DNA of 64,000 bases from an uncultured Candidatus Melainabacteria bacterium (GCA_934692295.1 CAKUTL010000003.1:8031-72030), one strand, 5' to 3'; positions 9,901 through 19,300 are shown, counted from the stretch's first letter. Numbers and translations are program-made. The notes: generated by a model not told the origin, from the sequence alone.

Positions 9901-11219
9901 GCCTTCACAGATTTATCATTCAGCACAGTAGAAATCACAGCAACATATGTCCAGAACATAAATTGCAATTGTGGTCTAAAGTAAATTGTATCAACTAAGC
10001 CGTGAAACATTACTGCCCATATAGAAATTATTGATGCGGAAATAAATATAACTTGTTCTCTGTTTTCAGATAACAAGATATATTTTACGGCATCTTTTGA
10101 CATTGTGATTAAAAATCCCAAGAATGCAATTAGAGCAAAAATACCACTTTCAACAGCAGTTTCAAGATAAATATTATAAGCACTCAAAGCATCAAAGCCT
10201 GTTTTCATATACAAGCCGTAAATTTCTCTAAAATTCTTATTTCCAACACCAATGCCCAATAACCAATTATCTTTGAACATTTGCAATGAAGAATGATAAA
10301 CATTAAATCTAAATGAGTTTGATGAATCATTACGCATCGCAAAAATTGACATAAAACGATGTCTTAAAGCACCTACAAAAGTCATCGCAAACACAAATAA
10401 CGCAAATGCTCCACCAATAATAGATAAATAGATTTTTTTATAAGTATTCCAAAAAAATTTTGCAGATAATAGAAATACACAACCAAATATCAACATCATT
10501 GACAAATATGCACCTCTACAACCAGTTTGCAAAATAGTATAAACCGTAAGCAATGCAAAAGCAACTGCACCAAGCATTAGCTTAAATTGTTTTTTATTTA
10601 AGAAATAGAATATTGAGCCAATTACAGAACCTAAGCCTGCAACTAAATACCCACCGTACAAGTTAGGATTTAATGGTTTCAATGTTCCATAAACACGAGA
10701 TAAAACATCTTCTGGATTCAAGTTTGAAGTATCTTGCCATGTTGAAATTTCATCTAAGTGTAAGAAACTTTGCAAAAATCCAACGATACTTTCACCGCAA
10801 ATACACAAAACCATTGTACCCATAACTACTGGGATTTTTGAGGTATTATTTTTCAAATACTGAGCAACAGAAAAATAAAAACCCAAGTAAACAAAAGTCT
10901 TAAAAAAGCCCTTCAAGCTCAATTCAAACAATGTTGAACCAAAAAGACTCACGACAACTAACATAAAATAAGCCACCAACCAAATTTCAAAATGCTTGAA
11001 GCTCAGTTTTTCATTTGGTTTTGTGAGCATTTTAACAATAGTCAAGAACATTGCAATCAAGGCAAAAAAGCCTATTGAATCCGAGTTCATAAATGTTGAT
11101 GATAAAAATGTTACCATTATAAACAACAAAATGAACTTGTCTATATGCTGTAAAAATAAGCTATTGTCGTATAAAAAACTTAATTTATCTTGTGAAAATT
11201 TAAAAATTTTATTGAACAT
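9897..11219 (-). CDS. O-antigen ligase/polymerase-like (Wzy_C family) membrane protein
   Basis: 440 aa, polytopic. The GCRGAYLSM segment before a large loop is typical of O-antigen ligase-like proteins. Confidence 0.65.
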   Translation of the reverse strand: MFNKIFKFSQDKLSFLYDNSLFLQHIDKFILLFIMVTFLSSTFMNSDSIGFFALIAMFLTIVKMLTKPNEKLSFKHFEIWLVAYFMLVVVSLFGSTLFELSLKGFFKTFVYLGFYFSVAQYLKNNTSKIPVVMGTMVLCICGESIVGFLQSFLHLDEISTWQDTSNLNPEDVLSRVYGTLKPLNPNLYGGYLVAGLGSVIGSIFYFLNKKQFKLMLGAVAFALLTVYTILQTGCRGAYLSMMLIFGCVFLLSAKFFWNTYKKIYLSIIGGAFALFVFAMTFVGALRHRFMSIFAMRNDSSNSFRFNVYHSSLQMFKDNWLLGIGVGNKNFREIYGLYMKTGFDALSAYNIYLETAVESGIFALIAFLGFLITMSKDAVKYILLSENREQVIFISASIISIWAVMFHGLVDTIYFRPQLQFMFWTYVAVISTVLNDKSVKA

Positions 11220-11778
11220 CGTCTGTAGTATTCATCTCTTTATTAACAACTTCATCATCAACGGCATCAATTACTTTAATATCTGAAACTGAACCGGTAA
11301 ATTTGTAATCAGCACCTTCCAAAGTGATAGGCAAACCTAATTTAACCTTGTTTCCACCTACAACGGCACCATCTTTTGTAATTTTTGCAGTATCAGTCAA
11401 TGTAACAACAACATCATACAAGTCAGGTTGAGATTCATCTTCAACAACAATTACAACCTTTTTAGAATTCAAAGATGGAAGAACAATTTTTCTTCTATCC
11501 GCTTTTACATCCACAATATCCAAATCAGAATAAGGAACATTTCTAATACTGATGAATGTTTTTTCACCTTTTTTGATAGGAATACTATCACCAGAGAAAG
11601 TTACCCCTCTCATATAAACTTTGAACACGATTTTAGAAGTAGCTTCAATTTGTTTATCCGCAGTTTGTCTGTATCCTTTGTAAGTACAAAAACCAACAGC
11701 CAAGGCAACAATAACAAATGCCACAATAATAAAATCAACAATTCTTACTTTTTTTATCAGTTCTTTTAATTTTTCCAT
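11209..11778 (-). CDS. DUF4330-like membrane-anchored protein
   Basis: 189 aa, N-terminal TM. ISIRNVPYSDLDIVDVK and KVKLGLPITLEGADYKFTGSVSDIKV resemble the cyanobacterial DUF4330 family as I recall it. Confidence 0.6.
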   Translation of the reverse strand: MEKLKELIKKVRIVDFIIVAFVIVALAVGFCTYKGYRQTADKQIEATSKIVFKVYMRGVTFSGDSIPIKKGEKTFISIRNVPYSDLDIVDVKADRRKIVLPSLNSKKVVIVVEDESQPDLYDVVVTLTDTAKITKDGAVVGGNKVKLGLPITLEGADYKFTGSVSDIKVIDAVDDEVVNKEMNTTDDVQ

Positions 11779-11856
11779 AAAAGTTCTCCTTCTTTAAGAA
11801 ATTCTCTTTATGCCGATTTTTGAAAGATTGATTATGAACAAAAACCGAACTCTTTT

Positions 11857-12861
11857 TTATAATTTTTCGACAGCAGCCAAAAGCTCGTCAACAGTAGTTG
11901 TTGCACAACCAAATTGTCTAACAACTAAACTTGCAGCAACATTACCGATAATTGCAGAATATACAGGGTCAATTCCTGCCGCCAAAGCCAAAGAATAAAC
12001 CGCAGTAACAGTATCACCTGCACCAGTAACATCAAACACTTCAGATTTATTGAAAACAGGAATCTTAGTGTAATCATCATTAGGCTTTGCAACAAACATT
12101 CCATCTGCACCACAAGTAATCAATACAGATTTCGCATTTGTTTCTTTTAACAACATTGAACCAGCACGTTTCAAATCTTCTTCTGATTCAATTTTAAACC
12201 CAACAGATTTTTCAGTATCAGGAAGGTTCGGAGTCATAGAAGAAACATTTTTATAATCTCCTAAATCTCTTTGAGCATCGACAACAACAACCTTACCCAA
12301 CTTATTAGCATAATCAGTTGTAAATTTGATAATCTTATCTGTTAATGAGCCAATATGATAATTTGACAAAATTACTGCATCATAATCCGGCAAAACTTTT
12401 TCTATATTTTTGATAACTTTTTCTTCTGTTTCCTCAGAAATTCTACCCTTTGACTGTCTATCAACACGAACTATTTGTTGAGTAATAGAAGTTGTAATAG
12501 AGCCAGAAATTCTTGTTTTTACGATAGTTTTACGAGATTTATCTTTAACAATTTTTGAACAATCAATATTAGCTTCGTCAAAAGTATCAAACAACAACTC
12601 TGAATAATAATCATCACCAGAAACACCAATAACACCAACTTTTCCAGCATTCAAAGTTGCCACGTTATGAGCTGCGTTAGAAGCTCCGCCTAAAATTAAC
12701 TTTGTTCTAGTATGTTGTAAAATCAAAACAGGTGCTTCACGAGAAATTCTTTCAGCATCACCATAAATCATTTCATCTAGAGCCAAATCGCCCACAACAA
12801 GAACTTTTGGTTCTGTAATCTTTTTTATACAAGATACTAATTTTTCTTTATCTATATTCAT
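11857..12861 (-). CDS. hldA: D-glycero-beta-D-manno-heptose-7-phosphate kinase (RfaE domain I, PfkB family)
   Basis: 334 aa. N-terminal VVGDLALDEMIYGDAERISREAPVLIL and C-terminal DVTGAGDT PfkB motif. Confidence 0.75.
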   Translation of the reverse strand: MNIDKEKLVSCIKKITEPKVLVVGDLALDEMIYGDAERISREAPVLILQHTRTKLILGGASNAAHNVATLNAGKVGVIGVSGDDYYSELLFDTFDEANIDCSKIVKDKSRKTIVKTRISGSITTSITQQIVRVDRQSKGRISEETEEKVIKNIEKVLPDYDAVILSNYHIGSLTDKIIKFTTDYANKLGKVVVVDAQRDLGDYKNVSSMTPNLPDTEKSVGFKIESEEDLKRAGSMLLKETNAKSVLITCGADGMFVAKPNDDYTKIPVFNKSEVFDVTGAGDTVTAVYSLALAAGIDPVYSAIIGNVAASLVVRQFGCATTTVDELLAAVEKL

Positions 12862-12924
12862 AATACCAACTCTTAAACTTTTACCTATGACAAAATTTTA
12901 TCACAAACAAAGTCTAAGAATACA

Positions 12925-12962
12925 GAATTAAAAAAGCTTGATTTTAACATCAAGCTTTTTTT
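12925..12962 (-). terminator. terminator overlapping the stop codon of the J-domain gene
   Basis: AAAAAGCTTGAT-TTTAAC-ATCAAGCTTTTT, a 12-bp stem with a T run on the minus strand. Confidence 0.65.
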
Positions 12963-13765
12963 GCCGTAGCATATAAATTACCAATCAATTCAAAGATATC
13001 ATGTGCCTCTGGATTATTTATATTTCTGTCAGGATGCCACTTTATAGCTAATTTTTTGTACAAACCTTTACTCATATGAGTTACCTCTTCAGGTTTACAG
13101 CCAATAACTTGTGCAAGTTTATTAATTTCATCAGTTGATAAATTTTTAAAAGCTGATTCAGAAATTTTAGAATGAATTGAACTGATAAATTCGGCATTTG
13201 ACATCTTCGATGCTTTGCCGGCAGTACTCAAGGCCTGTTCAAATGCTTTTTGTCCGGCACTCGGAGCATGAACAACACTCGGAAGAGTTGATGTTACCGC
13301 TCCTGTAGCAGAAGTCGCAGTCGCAGTTGCAGCAGCAGATGCAGTAGTTGTTGCAGATTCGACTGGTTTAGAGATTATAGCAGGAAGATTTGCTTTTGGA
13401 GCTTTTACTCCTTTGAAAACTTTTAATAAACCTTTTACGTGCTTACCCTTACAAAAAAGATAATCCGCTCCAATCAAAATTCCCGTAACAACAGCCGCAC
13501 GAACTCCGACTCTTACACCATTGGAATCTATACTTGAGCCATGATAAGATGCTTTGAAATCCGCAAATGATATAGTTGAAGAAGTTGCGGTTTCAGTTAC
13601 CGGCTTGTCTTTTTCATAAATTGAAGCCGCTGTAGATTGGCTTTGTGTAGAATCTGTTGTTTGTGCTTGTGATTGAGCTTGAGTATCAGCCACTTGTGAT
13701 TGAGTACCCGTTGCAGCATAAGTTTGACTTCCTTGCAATCTGGAAGAATCTAAATATTGTGTCAT
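12950..13765 (-). CDS. protein with Q/T/S-rich N-terminal region, one hydrophobic segment and a C-terminal J domain
   Basis: 271 aa. C-terminal LYKKLAIKWHPDRN (HPD motif). Hydrophobic VRAAVVTGILIGADYLF segment. Ala/Thr/Ser-rich linker. Confidence 0.75.
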   Translation of the reverse strand: MTQYLDSSRLQGSQTYAATGTQSQVADTQAQSQAQTTDSTQSQSTAASIYEKDKPVTETATSSTISFADFKASYHGSSIDSNGVRVGVRAAVVTGILIGADYLFCKGKHVKGLLKVFKGVKAPKANLPAIISKPVESATTTASAAATATATSATGAVTSTLPSVVHAPSAGQKAFEQALSTAGKASKMSNAEFISSIHSKISESAFKNLSTDEINKLAQVIGCKPEEVTHMSKGLYKKLAIKWHPDRNINNPEAHDIFELIGNLYATAKKA

Positions 13766-13792
13766 TATATCCTCTATTATTTTCCCCGTATA

Positions 13793-13824
13793 TATATAAA
13801 CGATATTTGCAGTAAAAAATTGCT
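13793..13824 (-). promoter_or_regulatory. copy 2 of upstream motif (AGCAATT-N17-TTTATATA, read on the minus strand)
   Basis: Plus strand reads TATATAAA 13793-13800 and AATTGCT 13818-13824. 28 nt upstream of ATG 13765. Confidence 0.6.
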
Positions 13825-13917
13825 ATTTATTTTAAATAAATATTATATATCTTAACGAGAAATCAATAAATACAACTATTTAGGCTTAAATAAGTCTGTT
13901 ACATTTCTTAATAATTA

Positions 13918-14649
13918 TTATTTTTTAATATCCATCCACCATTTTTTATCTTTATACAAACTTTTCCAGTACGGGATAGAGTTATCATATGGATTCATAT
14001 TTTTATGTGCAAATCTATAACACCCCATTGTAGCATAAGTATTTTGGACATATGGTCTGCATTGATTTACATAATAATTATCATTGGAAATATAGTAAAA
14101 CACATCATATCCCCATCTGTTTGGTCCTCTGCCAGGTCCATTAGTATCAACAAAAATCATCAACGAACTAGCATTTCCTGTTGAACCTTGATAATAAGGA
14201 AGAGTCAACAATGTTCCATTCCCAAGCATCAAAAAATCACCTGAAATAGCTTGCCAATAAGAGCGATCTCTTTTACCCGTAGTAAAAGAATTTATAGAAT
14301 AGTGGAAAAAACTTTTATAGTTATTTCTAAGAGGACTTTTTAAATAGTCAATCCTAGTAGCCCCAGCAAATTGAGAAGCAAAAACCTCTGCAATTTCCTG
14401 CACTTCATCCTTAGCCCCATCATATTTTATATTAAAAAGATTATCTAAAGAATCTAACTCCAATTCATTAGACGTCATTTTTAAAGCCTGTTGAATGAGA
14501 GAATCCGTTTTCTTAAATGAATTTTCTAATTCTTTAACCTTAAAATAATGAACTAAACTTGGAATAGTTAATGCAGACACAACTCCAATAATACCAAGCG
14601 TAATCAAAACTTCAGCAAGAGTAAAACCTGATTTAAACATTTTATTCAT
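13918..14649 (-). CDS. prepilin-type N-terminal cleavage/methylation domain protein (pilin/pseudopilin-like)
   Basis: Leader MNKMFKSG followed by FTLAEVLITLGIIGVV (Glu at +5). Start moved to ATG 14649. C-terminal DTNGPGRGPNRWGYDVFYY paralogue motif. Confidence 0.8.
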   Translation of the reverse strand: MNKMFKSGFTLAEVLITLGIIGVVSALTIPSLVHYFKVKELENSFKKTDSLIQQALKMTSNELELDSLDNLFNIKYDGAKDEVQEIAEVFASQFAGATRIDYLKSPLRNNYKSFFHYSINSFTTGKRDRSYWQAISGDFLMLGNGTLLTLPYYQGSTGNASSLMIFVDTNGPGRGPNRWGYDVFYYISNDNYYVNQCRPYVQNTYATMGCYRFAHKNMNPYDNSIPYWKSLYKDKKWWMDIKK

Positions 14650-14710
14650 TATACTTTTTGTTCTCTTTTGGACTACATACATTAGTAAGATAATACCATA
14701 AAATTAGATT

Positions 14711-14929
14711 GTGAACAATAAGACTACAAAATTATATACTTTGGGGAGAAATATATACACCAAAAGGCGAGAACTCAAAATGTCGCAAAACGAATTAGCT
14801 GAAAAATTAGACATTTCTCGAGAACACCTTGCAAAAATTGAAACAGCCAAAAGAACTGTTAGTCTTGATTTACTTATAAATATTGCAGAAGAATTAAAAA
14901 CCAAAGTCAAAGACTTAATTGATTTTTAA
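14711..14929 (+). CDS. XRE-family helix-turn-helix regulator
   Basis: 72 aa. LGRNIYTKRRELKMSQNELAEKLDISREHLAKIE is a typical HTH_3. GTG start. Divergent from the pilin-like gene. Confidence 0.75.
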   Translation: MNNKTTKLYTLGRNIYTKRRELKMSQNELAEKLDISREHLAKIETAKRTVSLDLLINIAEELKTKVKDLIDF

Positions 14930-14986
14930 TTGTTTAATAATTTACATCCCAAATATTAACTTTTGTAAACATTAAACATCAAATTT

Positions 14987-15018
14987 AGCAATTTTTCACT
15001 TTCAGAATACTTTATATA
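14987..15018 (+). promoter_or_regulatory. copy 3 of upstream motif (AGCAATT-N17-TTTATATA) with no downstream ORF
   Basis: AGCAATT 14987-14993 and TTTATATA 15011-15018. Confidence 0.55.
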
Positions 15019-15024
15019 AATATA

Positions 15025-15087
15025 TAAAGCTCTCTCTTCTTATTTAAACGGATAGGCCTTGATTACTAAAAACAAGGTCTTTTTTTT
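15025..15087 (+). ncRNA. candidate small RNA (about 60 nt) between motif copy 3 and a terminator
   Basis: No ATG or ORF. Contains the pyrimidine tract CTCTCTCTTCTT. Ends in hairpin 15055-15079 plus T8. Confidence 0.35.
15055..15087 (+). terminator. rho-independent terminator
   Basis: GGCCTTG-11 nt loop-CAAGGTC (one G-U pair) followed by eight T. Confidence 0.65.
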
Positions 15088-15100
15088 GCTAAAAATTTGA

Positions 15101-17476
15101 TTAAATGAACAATCGACCAATATGATAAACTGCAAATGCTGTAATCCAAGCAATTGAACACTGAATAAGGATTACAAGAAAAGCATAACGCTTGCCAAGT
15201 TCTCTTCTCACAGTTGCAACTGCCGCAACACAAGGAGTGTAAAGCAAACAGAATATCAAAAATACAAACGCGGTTAATTTAGAAAATAACACTGGAAGTT
15301 TTGTTACATCTCCGCCTAGCAATACAGTCAATGTACTTACGACACTTTCTTTTGCCATAAATCCAGTTATAAAAGCGGTAGATATACGCCAATCAGAAAT
15401 CCCCAAAGGTTTAAAGATTGGAACAATAAAATTACCCAAAACAGCCAACAAACTTTGAGAAGAATCCGTAACCAAATTCAACTTAGTATCAAAAGTTTGT
15501 AAAAACCAAATGACAATTGCAGCCCAGAATATTATGGTGAAAGCCTTTGTCATAAAGCCTTTTGCTTTATAATAAATCAATCTATAAACATTTTTTAGCC
15601 CTGGCATTCTATAATTAGGCAACTCCATTACAAAAGGAACTGTTTCACTTTTGAAAACAAATATTTTCATAAAGAACGCAAAAATTATCCCAACAACAAT
15701 TCCAGTCAAATACAAACCCAGCATAACCAAAACTTGATGAGATTTGAAAAATGCGGCAGTAAACATTGCATAAATCGGCAATTTCGCAGAACAACTCATA
15801 AACGGAATCAAGAAAATCGTCATTTTTCTATCACGTTCTGATGGCAATGTTCTAGTTGACATAATTGCAGGTACTGAACACCCAAAACCAATCAACATAG
15901 GAACGAAACTCCGCCCAGAAAGTCCGATTTTTCTAAGAATTTTATCCATTACAAAAGCAACTCTTGCCATATATCCAGAATCTTCCAAAATTGAAAGGAA
16001 GAAAAATAACACAACAATTACAGGCAAAAATCCTAAAACGCTACCCACTCCAGAAAATATCCCATCAATAATCAAGGAATGAACAACAGGATTTAATCCG
16101 TAAGAAGTTAAAACACCATCCACAAATCTAGTTATATGAAGAATAACAAATTCCATAATATTAGATAAAAATGTTCCAAACGGACCAAATGTCAAATAGA
16201 AAATCAATGACATAATTAGTAAAAACGACAAAATCGCAGTATATTTTCCAGTCAAAAACTTATCCACTTTTGCAGATAATCTATAAGCCGTTGTTTCTTG
16301 TGGCTTGAAAACAAATTCATCACACAACTTTTCAATAAAAGTAAATCTCATATCCGCAATTGCAGATTCGTGATCTAAGCCAGACTCTTTTTCCATCTGC
16401 TCTACAATACTTTTACAAGTTGAAATTTCATCATTATCAAGATTCAACTCTTTCAAAATTAAAGAATCACCGGCAGCAAGTTTTGAAGCCGCAAATCTTA
16501 CAGGGATATCCGCATCTTTTGCGTGGTCTTCAACAATGTGGACAAGAGCGTGAATACATCTGTGAACAGCACCTTCTTTGCCATCTCCCTCTTCGCAAAA
16601 ATCCAATCTCCCAGGATGTTCAGAGAATTTTGCAACATTTATTACGTGTTCAACAAGTTCATCTATCCCTTGATTTTTCAAAGCAGAAATAGGAACAACA
16701 GGAACGCCCAAAGCAGATTCTAAACCATTAATATCAATAGTTCCACCACTTTGAGTAACTTCATCCATCATGTTCAAAGCAATAACCATTGGAACATCAA
16801 GTTCAATAAGCTGAGTCGTCAACAACAAATTACGTTCAATGTTTGAAGCATCAACAATGTTAATTAACCCATCTGGTTTTTCACGTAAAATAAAATCTCT
16901 TGTTACAATTTCTTCACTACTGTATGGAGATAAAGAATAAATTCCAGGTAAATCAGTTATCGTAACATCTTTATATCCAATAATCGTACCATCTGTCCTA
17001 TCAACCGTAACCCCAGGGAAATTCCCAACGTGTTGATTAGAACCAGTCAACTGATTAAATAATGTCGTTTTTCCGCAATTTTGATTACCTGCAAGAGCAA
17101 GTTTCAATTTAGTTTTAACAGAACCCTTGTTCAACTTTCTTGTTTCATAAGTCTTTTCTTCACCTTTTTGAGAGTGTTCAAGAGTTATATTAAATTCAGA
17201 ATTTTTACGAGGACAATTATGAGCATCATGAATGTCCGAAATAATAATTTTTGATGCATCAGATTTCCGCAAAGTTAATTCATATCCACGAACTCTAATT
17301 TCCAAAGGATCTCCCATTGGAGCAGTTTTCACAAGAGTAACTTCAACCCCAGGAGTCAAACCCATATCGAGAATATGAGAACGAAGAGCTTTGTCATCAC
17401 ACTCAATCGCTTCTATAATTGCATCTTTTCCTATACCTAATTTATCTAAACTTCTTACTTTATTTCCTGAATTCAT
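15101..17476 (-). CDS. feoB: ferrous iron transporter, FeoA-FeoB fusion
   Basis: 791 aa. N-terminal FeoA-like domain (about 80 aa), G-domain P-loop GNQNCGKTTLFN, then a polytopic permease. Confidence 0.9.
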   Translation of the reverse strand: MNSGNKVRSLDKLGIGKDAIIEAIECDDKALRSHILDMGLTPGVEVTLVKTAPMGDPLEIRVRGYELTLRKSDASKIIISDIHDAHNCPRKNSEFNITLEHSQKGEEKTYETRKLNKGSVKTKLKLALAGNQNCGKTTLFNQLTGSNQHVGNFPGVTVDRTDGTIIGYKDVTITDLPGIYSLSPYSSEEIVTRDFILREKPDGLINIVDASNIERNLLLTTQLIELDVPMVIALNMMDEVTQSGGTIDINGLESALGVPVVPISALKNQGIDELVEHVINVAKFSEHPGRLDFCEEGDGKEGAVHRCIHALVHIVEDHAKDADIPVRFAASKLAAGDSLILKELNLDNDEISTCKSIVEQMEKESGLDHESAIADMRFTFIEKLCDEFVFKPQETTAYRLSAKVDKFLTGKYTAILSFLLIMSLIFYLTFGPFGTFLSNIMEFVILHITRFVDGVLTSYGLNPVVHSLIIDGIFSGVGSVLGFLPVIVVLFFFLSILEDSGYMARVAFVMDKILRKIGLSGRSFVPMLIGFGCSVPAIMSTRTLPSERDRKMTIFLIPFMSCSAKLPIYAMFTAAFFKSHQVLVMLGLYLTGIVVGIIFAFFMKIFVFKSETVPFVMELPNYRMPGLKNVYRLIYYKAKGFMTKAFTIIFWAAIVIWFLQTFDTKLNLVTDSSQSLLAVLGNFIVPIFKPLGISDWRISTAFITGFMAKESVVSTLTVLLGGDVTKLPVLFSKLTAFVFLIFCLLYTPCVAAVATVRRELGKRYAFLVILIQCSIAWITAFAVYHIGRLFI

Positions 17477-17525
17477 TAAATCTAGCCTCGTTGCAAAATT
17501 TATTATAGTATAAAAAAACAGAAAA

Positions 17526-17561
17526 GGAAGGCGGAAAAAGATATATCTTTTTCCGCCTTCC
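17526..17561. terminator. perfect 36-bp palindrome, terminator after the ycf23-like gene
   Basis: GGAAGGCGGAAAAAGATA/TATCTTTTTCCGCCTTCC with a T-rich tract on the minus strand. Confidence 0.7.
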
Positions 17562-17586
17562 TAAAGCCTTACTTAAATTTTAAGAA

Positions 17587-18345
17587 CTAAACTAATTCTC
17601 TAACTTTAATAGCATTTTTGTTAGCAATTTCAACAAGAGATGAAATTGTAGCAACCATAGCTAAGTCAGAAGTTAATTTGTTAACACAAGAACCGCAACC
17701 GATAGCAGAAGCACCTGCAGCAAATGCGAATGGAGCAGTTGTTGGGTTGATACCTGTAGCTGTCATAATTGGCATTTCAACATTTCTTGCAAGTTCAATT
17801 GTGTTAGAAATTGTTAATTCAGCTCTATCCATCAATGCTCTAGCACCTGACAATTCTACTTCAGATGTATAATGACCTTCAGTTTGAATTAAATCAATAC
17901 CCATAGCTTCTAATTTTTCAGCTAATTCGATTTGGTCAGAAGTAGAGATTTCACCTGGAATAGTAACTGAGAAGAATACTTCTCTATTTCCTAACATATC
18001 TTTTGTTTCTCTAGCTAATCTCAAAACATCTTGAGCAGAGAAAGAAGTACCTTTTTTGTAAAGGACATCAAAGTTACCTAATTCAATAGCATCTGCACCA
18101 AGTTCAACTGCTCTAACAAGTTCAGATGGAACAATTGAAGAAACGAACAATGGTAAATCTGTCATTGAACGAACTTCACGGATAATATCTTCTCTAGCAC
18201 AAATATCAACAGCACTAGCGTGAGATTTTTCAGCAGAAGATACTACTTTTTTAATATTTTCAATATCAAAGTTATCAATACCAGCGATAACTTTAACTGC
18301 TCTTTTTTCTTCTAAAGCGTGTTTAAATGAATCAATTCTTGCCAT
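17587..18345 (-). CDS. DUF561/Ycf23-like TIM-barrel protein
   Basis: 252 aa. N-terminal KVIAGIDNFD motif and overall pattern match my memory of cyanobacterial/plastid Ycf23. Confidence 0.6.
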   Translation of the reverse strand: MARIDSFKHALEEKRAVKVIAGIDNFDIENIKKVVSSAEKSHASAVDICAREDIIREVRSMTDLPLFVSSIVPSELVRAVELGADAIELGNFDVLYKKGTSFSAQDVLRLARETKDMLGNREVFFSVTIPGEISTSDQIELAEKLEAMGIDLIQTEGHYTSEVELSGARALMDRAELTISNTIELARNVEMPIMTATGINPTTAPFAFAAGASAIGCGSCVNKLTSDLAMVATISSLVEIANKNAIKVRELV

Positions 18346-18499
18346 AATTTTCTCCTTAATTAAAATATGTGGACTTATCGTCTTCTGAATTATACATTAA
18401 TATTTTAATATTTTCAAGAACTAACCTTAAAAAAGCAATAAAGAGAATACTTTTTTACCCGAAAGACCAAAATAATTTAGATAGAAAAAAGAGGTTGAT

Positions 18500-19162
18500 A
18501 TGAAAAAACAGCTAATTTTAATTTGCCTAATTACAATACTTGGAATCGGTTATACCCCAGCCCAAATAAGCTACGAGCCAGACGAAAGGATAAATATAAC
18601 CGTTTACGAAAAAATCAGCCCCGCAATTGTAGCGATTGATGCCCAAGTTCCAGATGGAGTTTCCGCAGGAACAGGGTGTATAGTAACCCCTGACGGCTTG
18701 ATTTTGACAGGTTTACACGTTGTAGAAAAAGCCACACAAATTGAAGTTACAACTGCAAACGGACAAACCTTTAAAGCAAAATTTATTGCTCAAATGGCAA
18801 AGAATAAAGACTTGGCACTTATTAAAATTGACTCCAAAAAGCCTCTTAAAACCGTTTCTTTTGGAGATTCAGAAGAAGTTAAAGTTGGGCAAAAAGTGCT
18901 AAGTATCGGAAACCCGTTTGGGTTTTCAAACACTCTAACACAAGGAATAATTTCACGAATTGACTATGTTAAAAACAGATTTCAAACAGACGCTGCAATT
19001 AATCCCGGCTGTTCCGGCGGACCACTTCTCAATTCGACCGGAGAAGTTATTGGGATTAGTCAATCAATTTACAATCCGGACCATAACATCTCAAATATAG
19101 GAATAGGCTTCGCCATTCCGTCTAACGAAGCAATAAAATTCATTGCTACAGTTAAGAAATAG
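18500..19162 (+). CDS. secreted trypsin-like serine protease (S1C, no PDZ domain)
   Basis: 220 aa with a signal peptide. Triad context TGLHVV, DLALIK and NPGCSGGPL. Confidence 0.8.
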   Translation: MKKQLILICLITILGIGYTPAQISYEPDERINITVYEKISPAIVAIDAQVPDGVSAGTGCIVTPDGLILTGLHVVEKATQIEVTTANGQTFKAKFIAQMAKNKDLALIKIDSKKPLKTVSFGDSEEVKVGQKVLSIGNPFGFSNTLTQGIISRIDYVKNRFQTDAAINPGCSGGPLLNSTGEVIGISQSIYNPDHNISNIGIGFAIPSNEAIKFIATVKK

Positions 19163-19300
19163 TGTATGAGGGAAAGAGAAATAGGGGAATAAGGAAATAA
19201 GTTCGTTAAAAAAAGGTACTGAGGCACTAAGGTCTTAGTGCCATATATCTTAATGCCTTCTGTAAGAACTTTCCCTATTTCCTTGTTCCTTTTCCTGCCC
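19163..19300. repeat. dispersed repeat family C, inverted pair of GGAACAGGGGAATAAGTTC-like units around a GGCACTAAGG hairpin
   Basis: AGGGGAATAAG 19183-19193, ATAAGTTCG 19197-19205, hairpin GGCACTAAGGTCTTAGTGCC 19223-19242, inverted unit 19265-19300. Confidence 0.7.

Noticed and set aside
13400-13520. Similarity between the TM-proximal segments of the J-domain protein (AAVVTGILIGADYLFCKGKHVKGLLKVFKG) and the 586-aa protein (GAVVTTAAGIFFVLKGGPKGVSKGFRKL)
   Set aside because: The match is short and is explained by a generic TM helix followed by a positive-inside Lys/Gly patch. It is not enough to claim a shared module.
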